Assembly (NCBI RefSeq): GCF_006345805.1 | Contig: NC_043008.1 | Span: 4,216,001 to 4,280,000, forward strand | DNA length: 64,000 nucleotides | Reading direction: 5' to 3' | Source of the DNA: Octopus sinensis | Taxonomy: Eukaryota | In this document: piece by piece, positions 10,830-23,218 of the stretch | Position numbering within the stretch: position 1 is the first letter of the stretch | Layout of the letters: each line of letters opens with the position of its first letter | Program-made: the position numbers and the translations under genes | Notes under the pieces: generated by a model | The model's input: the letters and a program-made list of their open reading frames with translations, nothing else | The model's database searches: none | What the model was told of the DNA's origin: nothing

Positions 10830-11750
10830 AGTCCATTATGTAAAGCCATGGTGCCCAGTGTCCGAAGTGGACTGCTGCTCTCCTCCCACACGCTTCTGTT
10901 ATGAGCCGCTGTGGGTAGCAATGTTTATTCTCTTCATTTTGTATTTGACCACATCCTTGTTTCTTGTTTCTCAGTCAATATTTGCCTTCATGCACAAGGC
11001 TCAGTAGTTAGTGTCGTACTCACAATCATGAGGTAGTAAGTTTGAATCCCAGACCGGGCTGTGTGTTGTGTTCTTGAGCAAGACACTTTATTTCATGTTC
11101 CTCCAGTTCACTCATCTGTAGAAATGAGTTGCAATGTGACTGATGCCAAGCTGTATTGACCCCTTTACCTTTCCCTTGGATAACTTCAATGGCATAGAGA
11201 GGGGAGGCTGGTATGCATGGGCGACTGCTAGTGTTCCATAAACAACCTTGCCTGGAATTGTGCCTCAGAGGGGAACTTTCTAGGTGCAATCCCAAGGTCA
11301 TTCATGACTGAAGGGGGTCTTGATCCCTTTTTGTGCTTAGCCAACAGTGAATAGGGTACTTGTCTTGATAGATAAGTTTTCTTCATTATCTGAACAAGCC
11401 TAAGCCACAGCAAGGTCGTCTACACCCAGGAAGATGGTTTTCTCTAAGATACTGGTATTCCTGATCTTGTCTTTCAAAGCAATGCCTTGATGCTAATCTA
11501 ACTGCTGTTGCTTCTTTCATCAAGAGACAACATCTCTGAGTAATGCAAATATAAAGACAACTTGTTTGGGGGAGTAAGTAATAGCAAATGTACGTGTCTT
11601 TTGAATGTAAATATTTTGGATTGAGATTACTGGGAGTCTTTGTTATAGACCAGCAAGCATGGAGGAGAAGATTTGTAAACTGTTGCCAGTGGTGGGGTGT
11701 GACTCGAAGGAGACGTTTCTTTTGTTTTGGTCCCTGCCTTGGGGAATTTT
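10830..11750 (-). pseudogene. Old RTE-type LINE C-terminal fragment interrupted by a SINE
   Basis: Minus strand gives GIALKDKIRNTSILEKT, LLWLRLVQIMKKTYLSRQVPYSLL and, beyond the SINE, KDVVKYKMK..AAHNRSVW. These match degenerate RTE C-terminal motifs. Confidence 0.55.
10995..11322 (+). mobile_element. tRNA-derived SINE family C (CORE-like central segment)
   Basis: GGCTCAGTAGTTAG (A box), GTTTGAATCCC (B box), GTGTTCTTGAGCAAGACACTTTA...CACTCATCTGTAGAAATGAG. Related copies at 37740, 38305 and 39795. Confidence 0.8.
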
Positions 11751-11756
11751 TGTTGA

Positions 11757-12037
11757 ACAACTCAACCCCAGCACTTATGTTATTTTTTAAAGCCTGGTGT
11801 TTATTATCTCAATCTCTTTCATTGAACCACTAAGTCACAGGGATGTAAACATACTAACACTGGTTGTCAAGTAGTCTTGGGGAACAGACACAAAGACACA
11901 CGCTCATCAAATCCACTCATAAGGCTTTAGTCAGCCTGAAGTTATAGTAGAAGCTACTTGCCCAATGTGCCACACGGTGAGACTGAAACCAGAACCATGT
12001 GTTTGGGAAGTAACCTTCATACCAAACAACCAAAGAG
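11757..12037 (-). mobile_element. SINE family A, 3'-truncated copy
   Basis: Shares ATCCACTCATAAGGCTTT...CTTGCCCAA...AGAACCATGTG with 5460-5860. Confidence 0.8.
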
Positions 12038-12968
12038 GCATATTTTTGGAGAATAAATTACCCAATGTGACACCCACTTTGAAAAAAAAAGAATTTAAAT
12101 CAGTGTTAGGATATTAATGCAGAGAGAATCTTCAAAATTTTAGCTAGAAACAATTATCTGGTGAGGAAAAGGCAATATTTTTCAATTACTAATATCGTTT
12201 TCATTTCTTCAGCAAATATGTGAGAGAACACAGGACATGTTTTGAACTTAGGTCTTTTTATCAAAGCATAAACTTCACTGCATTTGTCAAAGTAGTGATG
12301 CAAAAATCACTAAATAATTGTACAATATTGTACACTCGTAGAAAATTTAATTATTCTGTCTGGCAAGTATCAGACACAGCTCCAAACATGCTTTAGTCTT
12401 ATTCAGAAAATAACTTGGTATTGACAAAATCTATTTTTGCTTGCTTTCTCTGCAATCATAATAAACTTGTTAACACAGACTGAGCAGCCGACTGGATGGA
12501 ACATGCACAAAACTTCTCCAGTGAAGTGAAGGCCGTACAGAATGACAACCATCCATTATGTGGTTTTGCATAAAACTGAATCATGGTATATCTGGTGCCT
12601 TACATCTGAACTTTTCGGTTGCCATTAAACTTTTGTTTCTTCACTACTATGTCGTATGTCTCTTTGTTTAAGACTAACATTAGTTATTCAGCAAAATCCA
12701 CAGGAATTTTCTGAAATACCAAAAAATTATTCTTGAGACAACATGTTTTCACTCTTTGTCTTCAAAAGATTATTTCTTCCTGGTAACGATAGTTCAAAAC
12801 TCTTGTGTGGTTTCACTAAAAAGTGAAAGACTTCCTGTTGTGTCTGTGCTTTGCAGTTTAATTCAGGCATTATGTCATCCGTCTCGTTTTAGTAACAGAC
12901 TTTAGTTCAGCATGATCTGGCACCCACCCACCCACATCTACACATGCACATGTAGCTCTACGTATACA

Positions 12969-13111
12969 CATCATCATCATCATCTTCATCATTTAGCGTC
13001 CGTTTTCCATGCTAGCATGGGTTGGACGGTTCTACTGGGGTCTGTGAAGCCAGAAGGCTTCATCAGGCCCAGTCAAATCTGGCAGTGTTTCTACGGCTGG
13101 ATGCCCTTCCT
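12969..13111 (-). mobile_element. RTE LINE 3' terminus with (GAT)n tail
   Basis: Plus strand reads (CAT)n-TTAGCGTCCGTTTTCCATGCTAGCATGGGTTGGACGG...GGCTGGATGCCCTTCCTA. Confidence 0.85.
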
Positions 13112-15227
13112 AGTAAAGTAAAATACATTTCTTTCAATCTTGTGATTAAATATTGTAATCACTTGATCAACTGAACTACCTATAGATTGTATTGATATAA
13201 ATAAGTGGCTGAGTATTCCACATACACTTCTACTCTTAATGTAATACTCAGAATTAGCATCATACAGCATGTGACATATATCAGACAGAGTACCTGCACC
13301 TCTAAATCCATGCAGTGGACTTGCAGGCACATTGTGAGTGTGTGCACAATCCCTGCATAGTTCCATATATCCAACTTTATTCACAAAGCATGAGTCAAAT
13401 CTTGACTATGTTTTTTCAAGAAATAGATTGAATTCAGGGCCACATAATTTCAAAGCAAACTTCATCAACCTCTTGCTCATGACTAACTCCGCATGTTCAC
13501 ATATACAAATGCATGCTAATACTGTATTTGTTCTATTATCCAGCCCTATTCATTCACAACGTTTTAGGTCAAAACAAAGTGATGATAGGGGCTTTTTATC
13601 TAAATCTCAACTTCTAACATTAGAATGGCATTAAAGAATCAACAAATAAAAGATGGTTGGAACAATCAAGAATAAATATAACCGGTTGAATAGGAATAGT
13701 TTCATTTGTTGGGAAGAAGAGTAAATCATTAATATTTTAGGTAGGTCTGTCTAACTCATAAAAATGTTTTCTCATCGTACTAACGATATTGAGACAAGTT
13801 AATTCATTCCACTTTTAAAGGATTACTACTGATTATTTGCCAACACAGACATTCATTAGTTTTCGTAGATCCTACAAACAACCAGTGATTCACATCCTGT
13901 CAGTGGTGCAATGTTGAAGCCACCATGGTCTAAAAATGGCCCCAACATTCTTAGCTTTATATATAAAGAAAATCAGAGTAAGAACAAGTTCTTATTGTAG
14001 TCATTGGTTACAATTTATAATTGATAAGTGGGCCTTTGGCTGGTCGTGTGTCTTGCCTCCTGCTCTGTGGTCAGCTATGGACTAAAGCTCTCGAATCACT
14101 TTGCTCAGATTGTTCACATTCTAGTTTTGGTTTACTTTTACTTTTGTGAGTTTTATATTGCATTCTATGAACAACAACACTGTTTGTTTTCAGTTTCCAA
14201 CTGGCCAATGACTGCTTCACTGTATTTCTGGTAATGAAAATAACAAGGGATTCTTTATGTAATTTAGGCAGAAAAAAGACCATACAAGATATCTCTGTTG
14301 TAAATCACAAGTTTCTTAGTTTTTTCACCAATGTTTTGAGCTGTCCTACTATGCTTAAGCGAGGGTATTTTATTATAATCTCAGGTCTAGGGTTTGTGAG
14401 AGAAATTTGGCCAAATGCAACTAAGCTACTTCTGGAACCCAGGGTAGTAATCCTTCTAGTCACAGCTCCCACTCTCCTTGGCTCTCTGGACCCTTAACTA
14501 AAATAATAGCAAACTTCCACTCATACAGGCCCACTCAAACTGACCAAATTTATGTGAAAGAAAATCGATAGATCTGTGGGGATGGTAGATTTAAACAATT
14601 GCCTAATTTAGCACCACCACCTGATTATTGAGTGCCTTTAATGGCGTTCAGTCTGATGCAAATTTTCAAACCAGCTTTTCGCTTCTTCCCACCAGAAATA
14701 AAATCTCACACAGTTACACACGCACACATACTCATATATCTATGTATAAACAGATATACATAAATATATATAAAAACCCCAAAAAATAAGCTATTTTCGA
14801 AGCATTGTTTTCAAGTAGAAATGTAGATGTGAGGATGCTTTAACAATGCAAAGATATATTTTTTCCAATATCTTAAATTTTCACCTTAAAAATTCTTTTA
14901 CAAAAGAGCATTATTTTAAACAACTTTTCATGTCTGGCCCCAAAGGGGAAATGAAATTTTCTCTTTTCTAGTCTGACAGCATTGGTGTTGATGGTATTTT
15001 ATGGCATGAATCCAACAATTCGTTAACTGATCAAAGTTCAAAATTTATTTTTTCATTTTCCAAAGAGGCTGAAAATTGAATAAAAATAGCTGATAGATAG
15101 CGTCAAGAAACTGGCTTTGTGTGAATTAGGAAGCTGAAGTATACAGGGTATTTCTGAAGATAGTTTTTTAATAGAAATATAGGTATAAGAAAACCCTACC
15201 AATGCAAAGAATTTATGTGTGTAATAT

Positions 15228-15912
15228 ATCATCATCATCATCATCATTGTTTAATGTCTACTTTCCATGCTGACATGGGTTGGACGGTTTTACTGAGGAC
15301 TGACAAGCCAAGAGGCTGCACCAGGCTCCAATCTGATCTAGCAAGGTTTCTACAGCTGAATGCCCTTCCAAACGATAACCACTCCGAGAGTGTAGTGGGT
15401 ACTTTTTATGTACCACCGGTACAAGTGCCAGTCAGGCACTACTGGCCTCGACCACAACAGTGATTTCACTTGACTCAGCAGGTCTTCTCAAGCACAGCAT
15501 ATTGCCAGATGATTGAAGGGCACTCTTGAATGGGCCAGTTATGTGACACTGGCATAGGCCATGGCTATGATCTCACTTGACTTGCCAGGTCTTCTGAAGC
15601 ACAGCATTTCTCCAAGGGTCTCGGTTGCTTGTCATTGCCTCTATGAGGCACAACATTTGAAGGTCATGCTTCACCACCTCATCTTAGGTCTTCCTGGTTC
15701 TACCTCTTCCACAGGTTCCCTCTACTGTTAGAAGGTGACACTTCTTCACACAGTTGTCCTCATCCATACATAACACATGGCCATACTAGTGCAGCCATCT
15801 CTCTTATACACCATATCTAATGCTTCTGATGTCCCACTTTTTTCTCAGAGCACTTATGCTCTGTCGTGTATGCACACTAACATTACACATCCAGCAGAGC
15901 ATACTAGCTTCT
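15228..15912 (-). mobile_element. 5'-truncated RTE LINE (ORF C-terminus + 3' UTR + (GAT)n tail)
   Basis: Minus-strand translation SMLCWMCNVSVHTRQS...YGHVLCMDEDNCVKKC..VEGTCGRGRTRKT runs directly into the (CAT)n-ended UTR. This identifies the (CAT)n family as RTE 3' ends. Confidence 0.9.
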
Positions 15913-16642
15913 ACAGCTGGATGCCCTTCCTAACGCCAACCACTCTATGAGTGTAGTGAGTGCTTATTATGTGCCACCAGCACAGGGCCCAGAGGAAGCT
16001 GGCAAACAGCCACTATCAGTTGGTGCTTTTTACGTGTCACTGACATGGTTGTCAGTCAGGCGGCGCTGGCATTGGCCACGTTTGGATGGTGCTTTTTCAT
16101 GCCACCGGCACGGGTATCACAACTACAATTTCCATTTGATTTTTATTTTGATGTTGATGTAATTGACTCAATAGGTCTCCTCAAGCATAGCGGGTCACCC
16201 TACAATGCAAAGTTAGCACAGCAGGCCATCCTGTGAGCCATGAACTCACTTCATTTGTCAGGTCTTTGCAGTCACGGCATATCTCCAGAGGTCTCGGTCT
16301 TTCGGCATAGCCTTTGTGAGGCCCAACATTCGAAGGTCATGCTTGACCACCTCATCCCATGTCTTTTTGGGACTACCTCTACTCTGGATTCCTTCAACTG
16401 TTTGGGAGTGGCACTTCTTCACACATCTCTCTTCATCCATCCATAGTACATGACCATACCAGTGCAAACGTCTCTTCTTGCACACCACATCCGATGCTTC
16501 TTATGTCCAGCATTTCTCTCAGGGTGCTTGCACTCTACCATCTGTGCACATTGATATTACACATCCAGCAGATCATGCTAGCTTCATTTCTTTCGAGACT
16601 ACGCATGTCCTCCACAGTAACAGCCCATGTTTCACTGCCATG
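15909..16642 (-). mobile_element. Second RTE LINE 3' fragment in tandem
   Basis: ORF 16258-16488 (RRLHWYGHVLWMDEERCVKKC...RGSPKKTWDEVVKHDL) plus a UTR that lacks the tail. Confidence 0.9.
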
Positions 16643-16699
16643 AACCACTTGAAGAACTTTTAGACCACATCGTCTGGTGTGACTTTTCCTTTTTATTTA

Positions 16700-17095
16700 A
16701 AATTTTAAGTTAGGATTTGGTTGCTATTTTTAGCAGGTTGAATGACCATGTTGTGACATCTTTGTTGATGCATGTATTGCTTAGCCCCAGATCAGCCATA
16801 ACTGAGCAGTTTTTGATTAAAGGGGTTGCAGCTCTGACTACACCATTTTAATTCCAGCACAGTTTATCACAGAGTAATATCATCCAATGTGTCCTTTTGG
16901 TTTAAAGATAATAATGTGCAGTTTGAGATCGATTTAGTTGCCATTTTTAATAGTTTGACCAAGTGCAGATAAACTTCAATATATTTTAGACTATATTATC
17001 CAATGTTTTCTTACTTTTTTGAAACATTTGAATTGATGAATATTTGGCTGCTGTTTCTAGCAAGTTGAGCAACCACATAACAGCTTCCTCTTCTG
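16700..17095 (-). mobile_element. Clustered degenerate family D copies
   Basis: The motif ATTTGG(T/C)TGCT(A/G)TTT(T/C)TAGCA..TTGA..(G/A)ACCA recurs about three times (16715, 16930, 17040). Confidence 0.6.
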
Positions 17096-17651
17096 TTCAT
17101 TTCTTTAATTTGAGAAAGTTTCCAAAGACAGCCTAATTTCAAACCATTATCTATTTTGTATTCTGTAAGTATTACGATCATTCTCTATTTCTCCCAGCTT
17201 ACTTCTAAACTATTTTTCTTTATTTTTTCCAATCAATTATACACACCAATATATTTTGTGCTTTTTTTGAAATTGGCTTCTAAGATGTTCTCGTATCATT
17301 GCAAATCATAGAGAAATCTGAATGCCATAACAATGGCTTTTCTAATGAAACAAAGAAATTTTTGCTTTCGTGTTTTCATTTGAAGAGTTAAATTATATGG
17401 ACTAACAAAAATAATATAAACAAAAAAGGGCCAGAGTGGGTGGTTCAAAAAATTAAGTCCCCAGCTGTTGAGGTAGACATAAATGTGTTTGAATTGAAAA
17501 GATATCCAGTGATTCTGGCCAGTTTGGTGTACCAGCATTTCGTTAAACACAATCTACCGTTTTGGTGAAACACACAAGCAACAACCATACTTGTACAACT
17601 TTGTAATAAAAGTTAGTAGTGAGAGCTAGGGACAATTCCTTGTTTTTCAAA

Positions 17652-19498
17652 TTCTTCTTCTTCTTCTTCTCCTTCTTCTCCTTCTTCTTCTCCTTCTTCT
17701 TCTCCTTCTCTTCTTCTCCTCTTCTTTTTCTTCTTCTCCTTCTTCTCCTTCTTCTTCTCCTTCTTCTTTCTTCTTCTTTCTTCTTCTTCTCTTTTCTTCT
17801 TCTTCTTCTCTTCTTCTTCTCCTTCTTCTTTTTCTTCTTTTCATTCTTCTTCTTCGTCTCCTTCTTTTTCTTCTTCTTCTCTTCTTCTTTTTCTTCTTCT
17901 TCTTCTTCTTCTTTCTTCTTCTTCCTTCTTCTCCTTCTTCTTCTTCCTTCTTCTTCCTTCTTCTCCTTCTTTCTTCTTCTTCTTCTTCTCTTCTTCTTCT
18001 CTTCTTCTCTTTTCTTCTTCTTCTTCTTCTTTTTCTTCTTCTCTCTTCTTCTTCTTCTTCTCCTTCTTCTTCTTCTTTCTTCTCTCCTTCTTCTTTCTTC
18101 TCCTTCTTCTTCTTTTTCTTCTTCTTCTCTCTTCTTCTTCTTCTTTTCTCCTTCTTCTTCTTTTTCTTCTTCTTCTTCTTCTCTCTTCTTCTTCTCTTCT
18201 TCTCTTTTCTTCTTCTTTCTTCTTTCCTCTTCTCTTCTTCTCTTCTTCTTCTTCTCTCTTCTCTTCTTCTTCTTCTCCTTCTCTTTTCTCCTTCTCCTTC
18301 TTCTTCTTTCCTTCTCCTTCTTCTTCTTCTTTCTCTTCTCCTTCTTTCTCCTTCTTCTCCTTCTTCTCCTTCTTCTTCTTCTTCTTTCCTCTTCTTCTCC
18401 TTCTTTTTCTTCTTTTCCTTCTTCTTCTTCTCCTCCTTCTTTTTCTTCTTCTCCTTTTCTTCTCCTTCTTCTTCTCCTTCTTCTTATCCTTCTTCTTCCT
18501 TCTTCTTCTCCTTCTTCTCCTTCTTCTTCTCCTTCTTCTCCTTCTTCTTCTCCTTCTTTTTCTTCTTCTCCTTCTTTTTCTTCTTCTTCTCCTTCTTCTT
18601 CTTCTTCTTCTTCTTCTCCTTCTTCTTCTTCTCTCCTTCTCTTCTTCTTCTCTCCTTCTTCTTCTTTCTTCTCTTCTTCTCCTCTTCTTCTCTTCTTCTC
18701 TCCTTCTCTTCTTCTTCTTCTTCTTCTCCTTTTCTTCTCTTCTTCTTCTTTTTCTTCTTCTTCTTCTTCTTCTCTTCTCCTTCTTCTTCTTCTTCTTCTC
18801 CTTCTTCTCCTTCTTTCTTCTCTTCTTCTTCTTCTTCTCCTTCTTTCTTCTTCTCTTCTTCTTCTCTTCTCTTCTTCTTCTTCTTCTCCTTTTCTTCTTC
18901 TTCTTCTTCTTCTTCTCCTTCTTCTCCTTCTTCTTTTCTCCTTCTCTTCTTCTCCTTCTCCTTCTTCTTTCTCTTCTCTCTTCTCCTTCTTCTCCTTCTT
19001 CTCCTTCTTCTCCTTCTTCTTCTTCTTCTTCTCCTTCTTCTTCTTCTTCTTCTTCTTCTTTCCTCTTCTTCTCCTCCTTCTTCTTTTTCTTCTCTTCTTC
19101 TCTTCTTCTCCTTCTCTTCTTCTTCTCCTTCTTCTCCTTCTTCTTTCTTCTTCTTCTCCTTCTTCTTCTTCTTCTTCTCCTTCTTCTTCTTGTCCTCCTT
19201 CTTCTTCTCCTTCTTCTCTCTTCTTCTTCTTCTCTTCTTCTCTTCTCCTTCTTCTCCTTCTTCTTCTTCTTCTTCTTCTCCTTTCTCCTTCTTCTTCTTC
19301 TTCTTCTCCTTCTCCTTCTTCTTCTTCTCCTTCTCCTTCTTCTTCTTCTCCTTCTTCTTCTTCTTCTTCTCCTTCTTCTTCTTCTTCTTCTTCTCTTTCC
19401 TTCTTCTTCTTCTTCTTTTTCTTCTTCTTCTCCTTCTTCTTCTCCTCCTTCTTCTTCTTCTTCTCCTTCTCCTTCTTCTTCTTCTTCTTCTTCTTCTC
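17652..19498. repeat. ~1.85 kb degenerate (CTT)n/(CTC)n polypyrimidine tract
   Basis: The plus strand is almost entirely C/T; I see only four purines. Confidence 0.98.
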
Positions 19499-20989
19499 AG
19501 ATATGCTAATAACAGCCAGCCAAGTGAATCCTTCAAAATTTCTTCTCTCTTTCATCCCAGCTAGATGCAAAGTAGTTTTTAAATTGGTTTGTGAGAAATT
19601 CTTCAAGTATTGGGATGTATGAAATTGAACAGAAATTTCAACGCCATGACAATGCGCTTTTTAATAAAACGAAAGTGTTGTTATATTTTCTTTCTTCATC
19701 ATATTTCGATCTTTAGACACCTTTATCAAATAATACAGTGGAACAAAAAAACCTGACAGCAGATGGGTAGAAATCTCAATACATCACAATCAGTTTGAAT
19801 TCGTTCAGCTCTACCTTGACAGCCGGCAGTTTTAATCTTTTAGTGTTCTATATTTTTTTGCTTTCCACAGAGTTATATGAAAAAGGTTTCCAAGATTGAA
19901 ATATTATGAGTGAATAGAAAAAACAATAAAAAGTTTGTTTTATTAAAAATCGTGAAGACATTCAAATTTCTGTTCAATATTGTATACCATTTTCTAGGAA
20001 AAATCTACTTTTGTTTGATATGTTTTTGTAATGACCATCAAATAGAATATCTATCCATCTCTCTCTCTATGTCTCTCTGTCTGTTTGTCTTCTGCCTGTA
20101 CAAATATAGATAAGTCTATCTACCAACAGATAGAAAGATATTTTTTTTCATTTGTTTATGTTTCCATTTACTTCCATATCTCTGTCTATATCTCTTTATT
20201 CCTTTCTTTCCTTCTCTCTCTCTCTCTCTCTCTTTCTCTTCTTATTTACTCACCTGTCTATCCATTTATGTATACCAGCACCAAGACCCACCCATTCCTA
20301 TCTCTTATCCTTAACTCAATCATATGATGTCTCATGATATACCATTGACAAGAGATTACAGCAATGAATTTACACAACTTAAATAGATCATGGGATCAAA
20401 CCTTGCCAAATACCTTCAATTGTAATCTTTCTTATTCATTAGTTTTCTCCCAGATATAATTGATTTTTCTTGATATCTTCTGTTGCTGTAAATGCAATAC
20501 TCTGATACTTTGCAGTATTAATATCCACATCTTGATTTTCTACTTATTAATATAAAAAAAAGTTTTAATCAAGGCTTAACAAACTTGTGTATATTTAATG
20601 ACTTATGCTTAGAAAAAAGTCAATGTACTCACACATACTCACCTCAGCCCAGTTCTCTTTCCTTCCTCTCTCATTCTTCTGTTCACCATGTCAGTAATCC
20701 TGCCATGAGTGGACAGAAACAACATAAAGAAGACTATTTTGAACTGCTGAGGACAAGGCAACATCTCTAGTGCTGGTGCTTCTCTGAAATGCACCCATTA
20801 CACTCTATCAAGTGGATTGTGTTAATTAGGGGCATTCAGTGATAGAAACTACACCAAAAAGGAAATACTGGAGTAAGATATGATTCTGTGACCCATCCAG
20901 GAAAGCAGTAACTCCAGTTAACCATTTCAGACAATGATTACCCATATAGCCCATGGCAGCATGGAAAGAAGTTATAAAATGGTTCTTCT

Positions 20990-21625
20990 TCCACCCCACG
21001 ATCATCCTCACCATTTTATCATTCACTTTTCCATGCTTGCATGGGTTGGACATAATTTATTGTGTTTGATGATTCTGTGGTGGGATGCCTTTCCTGTCAG
21101 CAACTCTCACCTGTTTAGAAATAAGATGATATTTCCCAACAACCAAACATCTTTAAAAAAAAAAACTGAAAATGAATGACACCAGTTGCATAATAGTGAC
21201 ATTCACTTAAAACAATTGCATGATGTCAAAGCATGAAAACAGTAACACACACACACTTTTACATACATATGCATATACACTCAAGTGAATATCAGTCGCC
21301 ATGATAGATCGTTAGCCGCTACACAATTTTTTTTCTCTCCTCGTTTTTTCTGTGTCCCTTTCTGTAGAAGAGCGTAGGCTCAAAACGTAAAATACTTTTT
21401 CTATTCCTGAGCGTTATACTTAAACATCTGTTTGTTTTGTACAACACCTGTCTTCGTCTTTTGTTTTTTTTCGTAAACTCTCCCTACACTCATATATACA
21501 TATATGATGAGCTTCTTTCCGTTTCTATCTACCAAATCCACTTGTGAAGTTTTGATCAACCTGGGCCTATTGTAGAAGATACTAACCCAAGGTGTGAGAC
21601 TGAGCCTGAATCAATGTGATTGATT
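20990..21625 (-). mobile_element. Family A head joined to an RTE-like 3' tail, interrupted by a hammerhead-bearing insert
   Basis: RTE-type tail at 21000-21130 (TTTCCATGCTTGCATGGGTTGGAC..GGATGCCTTTCCTG); family A head at 21503-21625. Confidence 0.6.
21285..21490 (+). mobile_element. Short non-autonomous Penelope-type terminal element with decayed hammerhead (21358-21393)
   Basis: TTT-[CTGTAGA]-A-GAGC-GTAG-GCTC-[AAAA]-CG-[TA]-AAA. Layout parallels 24495-24700 on minus. Confidence 0.6.
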
Positions 21626-22148
21626 ACAATATATATTCATACAAATATAAACACACACATACACACACACATACGCACACACACACACACTTTACAAAAG
21701 TAATATATTTAAAGTGTCTTTACGGTGGACGTGTGTGTTTCATTAGCTCCATTTACTCTACCATGATGGAATTTTTTTAGTCCTAACACATGATCTCAGG
21801 TCAATCACTTGCTAGACTAGGGAAACTCCAGAAATATACTTACATATATATATACATAAATGAGCGGGTGACTTCATAACACGATTGAGAAATCTCTGAA
21901 AAAGTAACTTAAAAATTCAATATGGGGACATATTTGAATATTTCGTGGAATTGTTTTTCTAGATAAGAATGAGTACTAAAAAGAAAAGAAAAGAAAAGAA
22001 GTAAGTATTGGTTTGGAAATGGAAAACAATTAGATGCCAAGAAAATGCCTGTCTGCCGTGAAATTATGAATTATGATTTACAGACTGGCAGAGAAATGAA
22101 ACATTTCCAAATACAACTGAATATGTATATATATACACACACACATAT

Positions 22149-22181
<33 letters not shown>

Positions 22182-22429
22182 CATATACACTGTGTGCATG
22201 AGTGTATATGCAATTGTGTGTGTGCGTGTGCATTTAAATATAAATGATTTATTCAAAGATGAGTTGGGTCACTACTGGAATTTTCTATTTCCACTATATC
22301 GAGTAAATCACCCCCCCCCACACACACACACACATTATCTGTAGCTAAGTATTGATCAGTAGAAGTACTCAATACAGATATAGTGTGCAATGGTTTATTT
22401 GGGCCTGCTGAGTGACTTGTTACTCTTGA

Positions 22430-22533
22430 ATTACCAAAGCATGTATCCAGTTTTGCAGTGAACAACACCTGACCTAACGCTGACTTTATCTGAGGAACCA
22501 GCTACACGGATGGAAGAACACACATATATATAT
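22430..22533 (+). repeat. 104-bp perfect direct repeat, copy 1 (copy 2 at 24368-24471)
   Basis: ATTACCAAAGCATGTATCCAG...GAAGAACACACATATATATAT is identical at an offset of 1938 bp. Confidence 0.95.
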
Positions 22534-22576
22534 ACACATACACAAACTCTCACACACAAACATACAAACACACATG

Positions 22577-22616
<40 letters not shown>

Positions 22617-22722
22617 GGCTATAGCAAAAGACACTTGCCCAAGGTGCCATGCAGTGGGGACTGAACCCAGAACCATGTGGTTGGAAAGCAAGCTTTTCAT
22701 CACACAGCCACACCTGCACCTA
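22617..22722 (-). mobile_element. SINE family A head fragment
   Basis: Minus strand: GGTGCAGGTGTGGCTGTGTGATG...GGGTTCAGTCCCCACTGC...CCTTGGGCAAGTGTC. Confidence 0.85.
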
Positions 22723-22744
22723 TATACATACATACATATACATA

Positions 22745-22775
<31 letters not shown>

Positions 22776-22828
22776 GAAAAAACAAGTAAAAAATAGAAAA
22801 TGCTAAAATAATTTTATAGTGAACATTT

Positions 22829-22866
22829 CAGTACCGGTTTCGGTCATTTTGAGACCTTTTCAACTG
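22829..22866 (-). ncRNA. Minimal hammerhead ribozyme with U3-A8 variant core
   Basis: Minus strand: CAG-[TTGAAAA]-GGTC-TCAAAAT-GACC-[GAAA]-CCGG-[TA]-CTG. Stems I and II pair, stem III is palindromic (ACCGGT), and the motif lies ~50 nt from the PLE 3' end. Confidence 0.75.
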
Positions 22867-23218
22867 TAACGATTAAATAATTAAATTTAGAAAAATTAGA
22901 AGAAAAGTTTTTTTAAAAGAATATTTCTATAGTAGTGTTCAGATTTAAGTGGCATTCTGCCTTTCTCTGACTCCCTTGTTTGCACTTGTGTGTTCGAGGT
23001 AGTTGTGAGCTCTTGGTAGGGTAGTAGAGAGAAGGCTGGTGAGGAAAGGGGGGTGGGAGAATCTGGGAGTGCCCTGATGGTCGTATTTTGAATGGTCAGT
23101 GGCGGCTGGCAGTCTCAGTTCAATTCAGGAGAATATTTATATTGACAGGCTTCTTTATAGAATTAGCGTAGGTGTTATACTAAAAAACATTAGTGACAAA
23201 CTTAAGGGGTAGGGGGTG

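Noticed and set aside
13091-13634. Complex-looking ORFs of 97-98 aa
   Set aside because: No recognisable motif, non-ATG starts, and one runs into an RTE tail.
17543-19622. 687-aa, 667-aa and 350-aa ORFs (poly-E/K/R and poly-F/L/S)
   Set aside because: A C/T-only strand and its A/G-only complement cannot contain stop codons. There is no domain, and the ORFs overlap on both strands.
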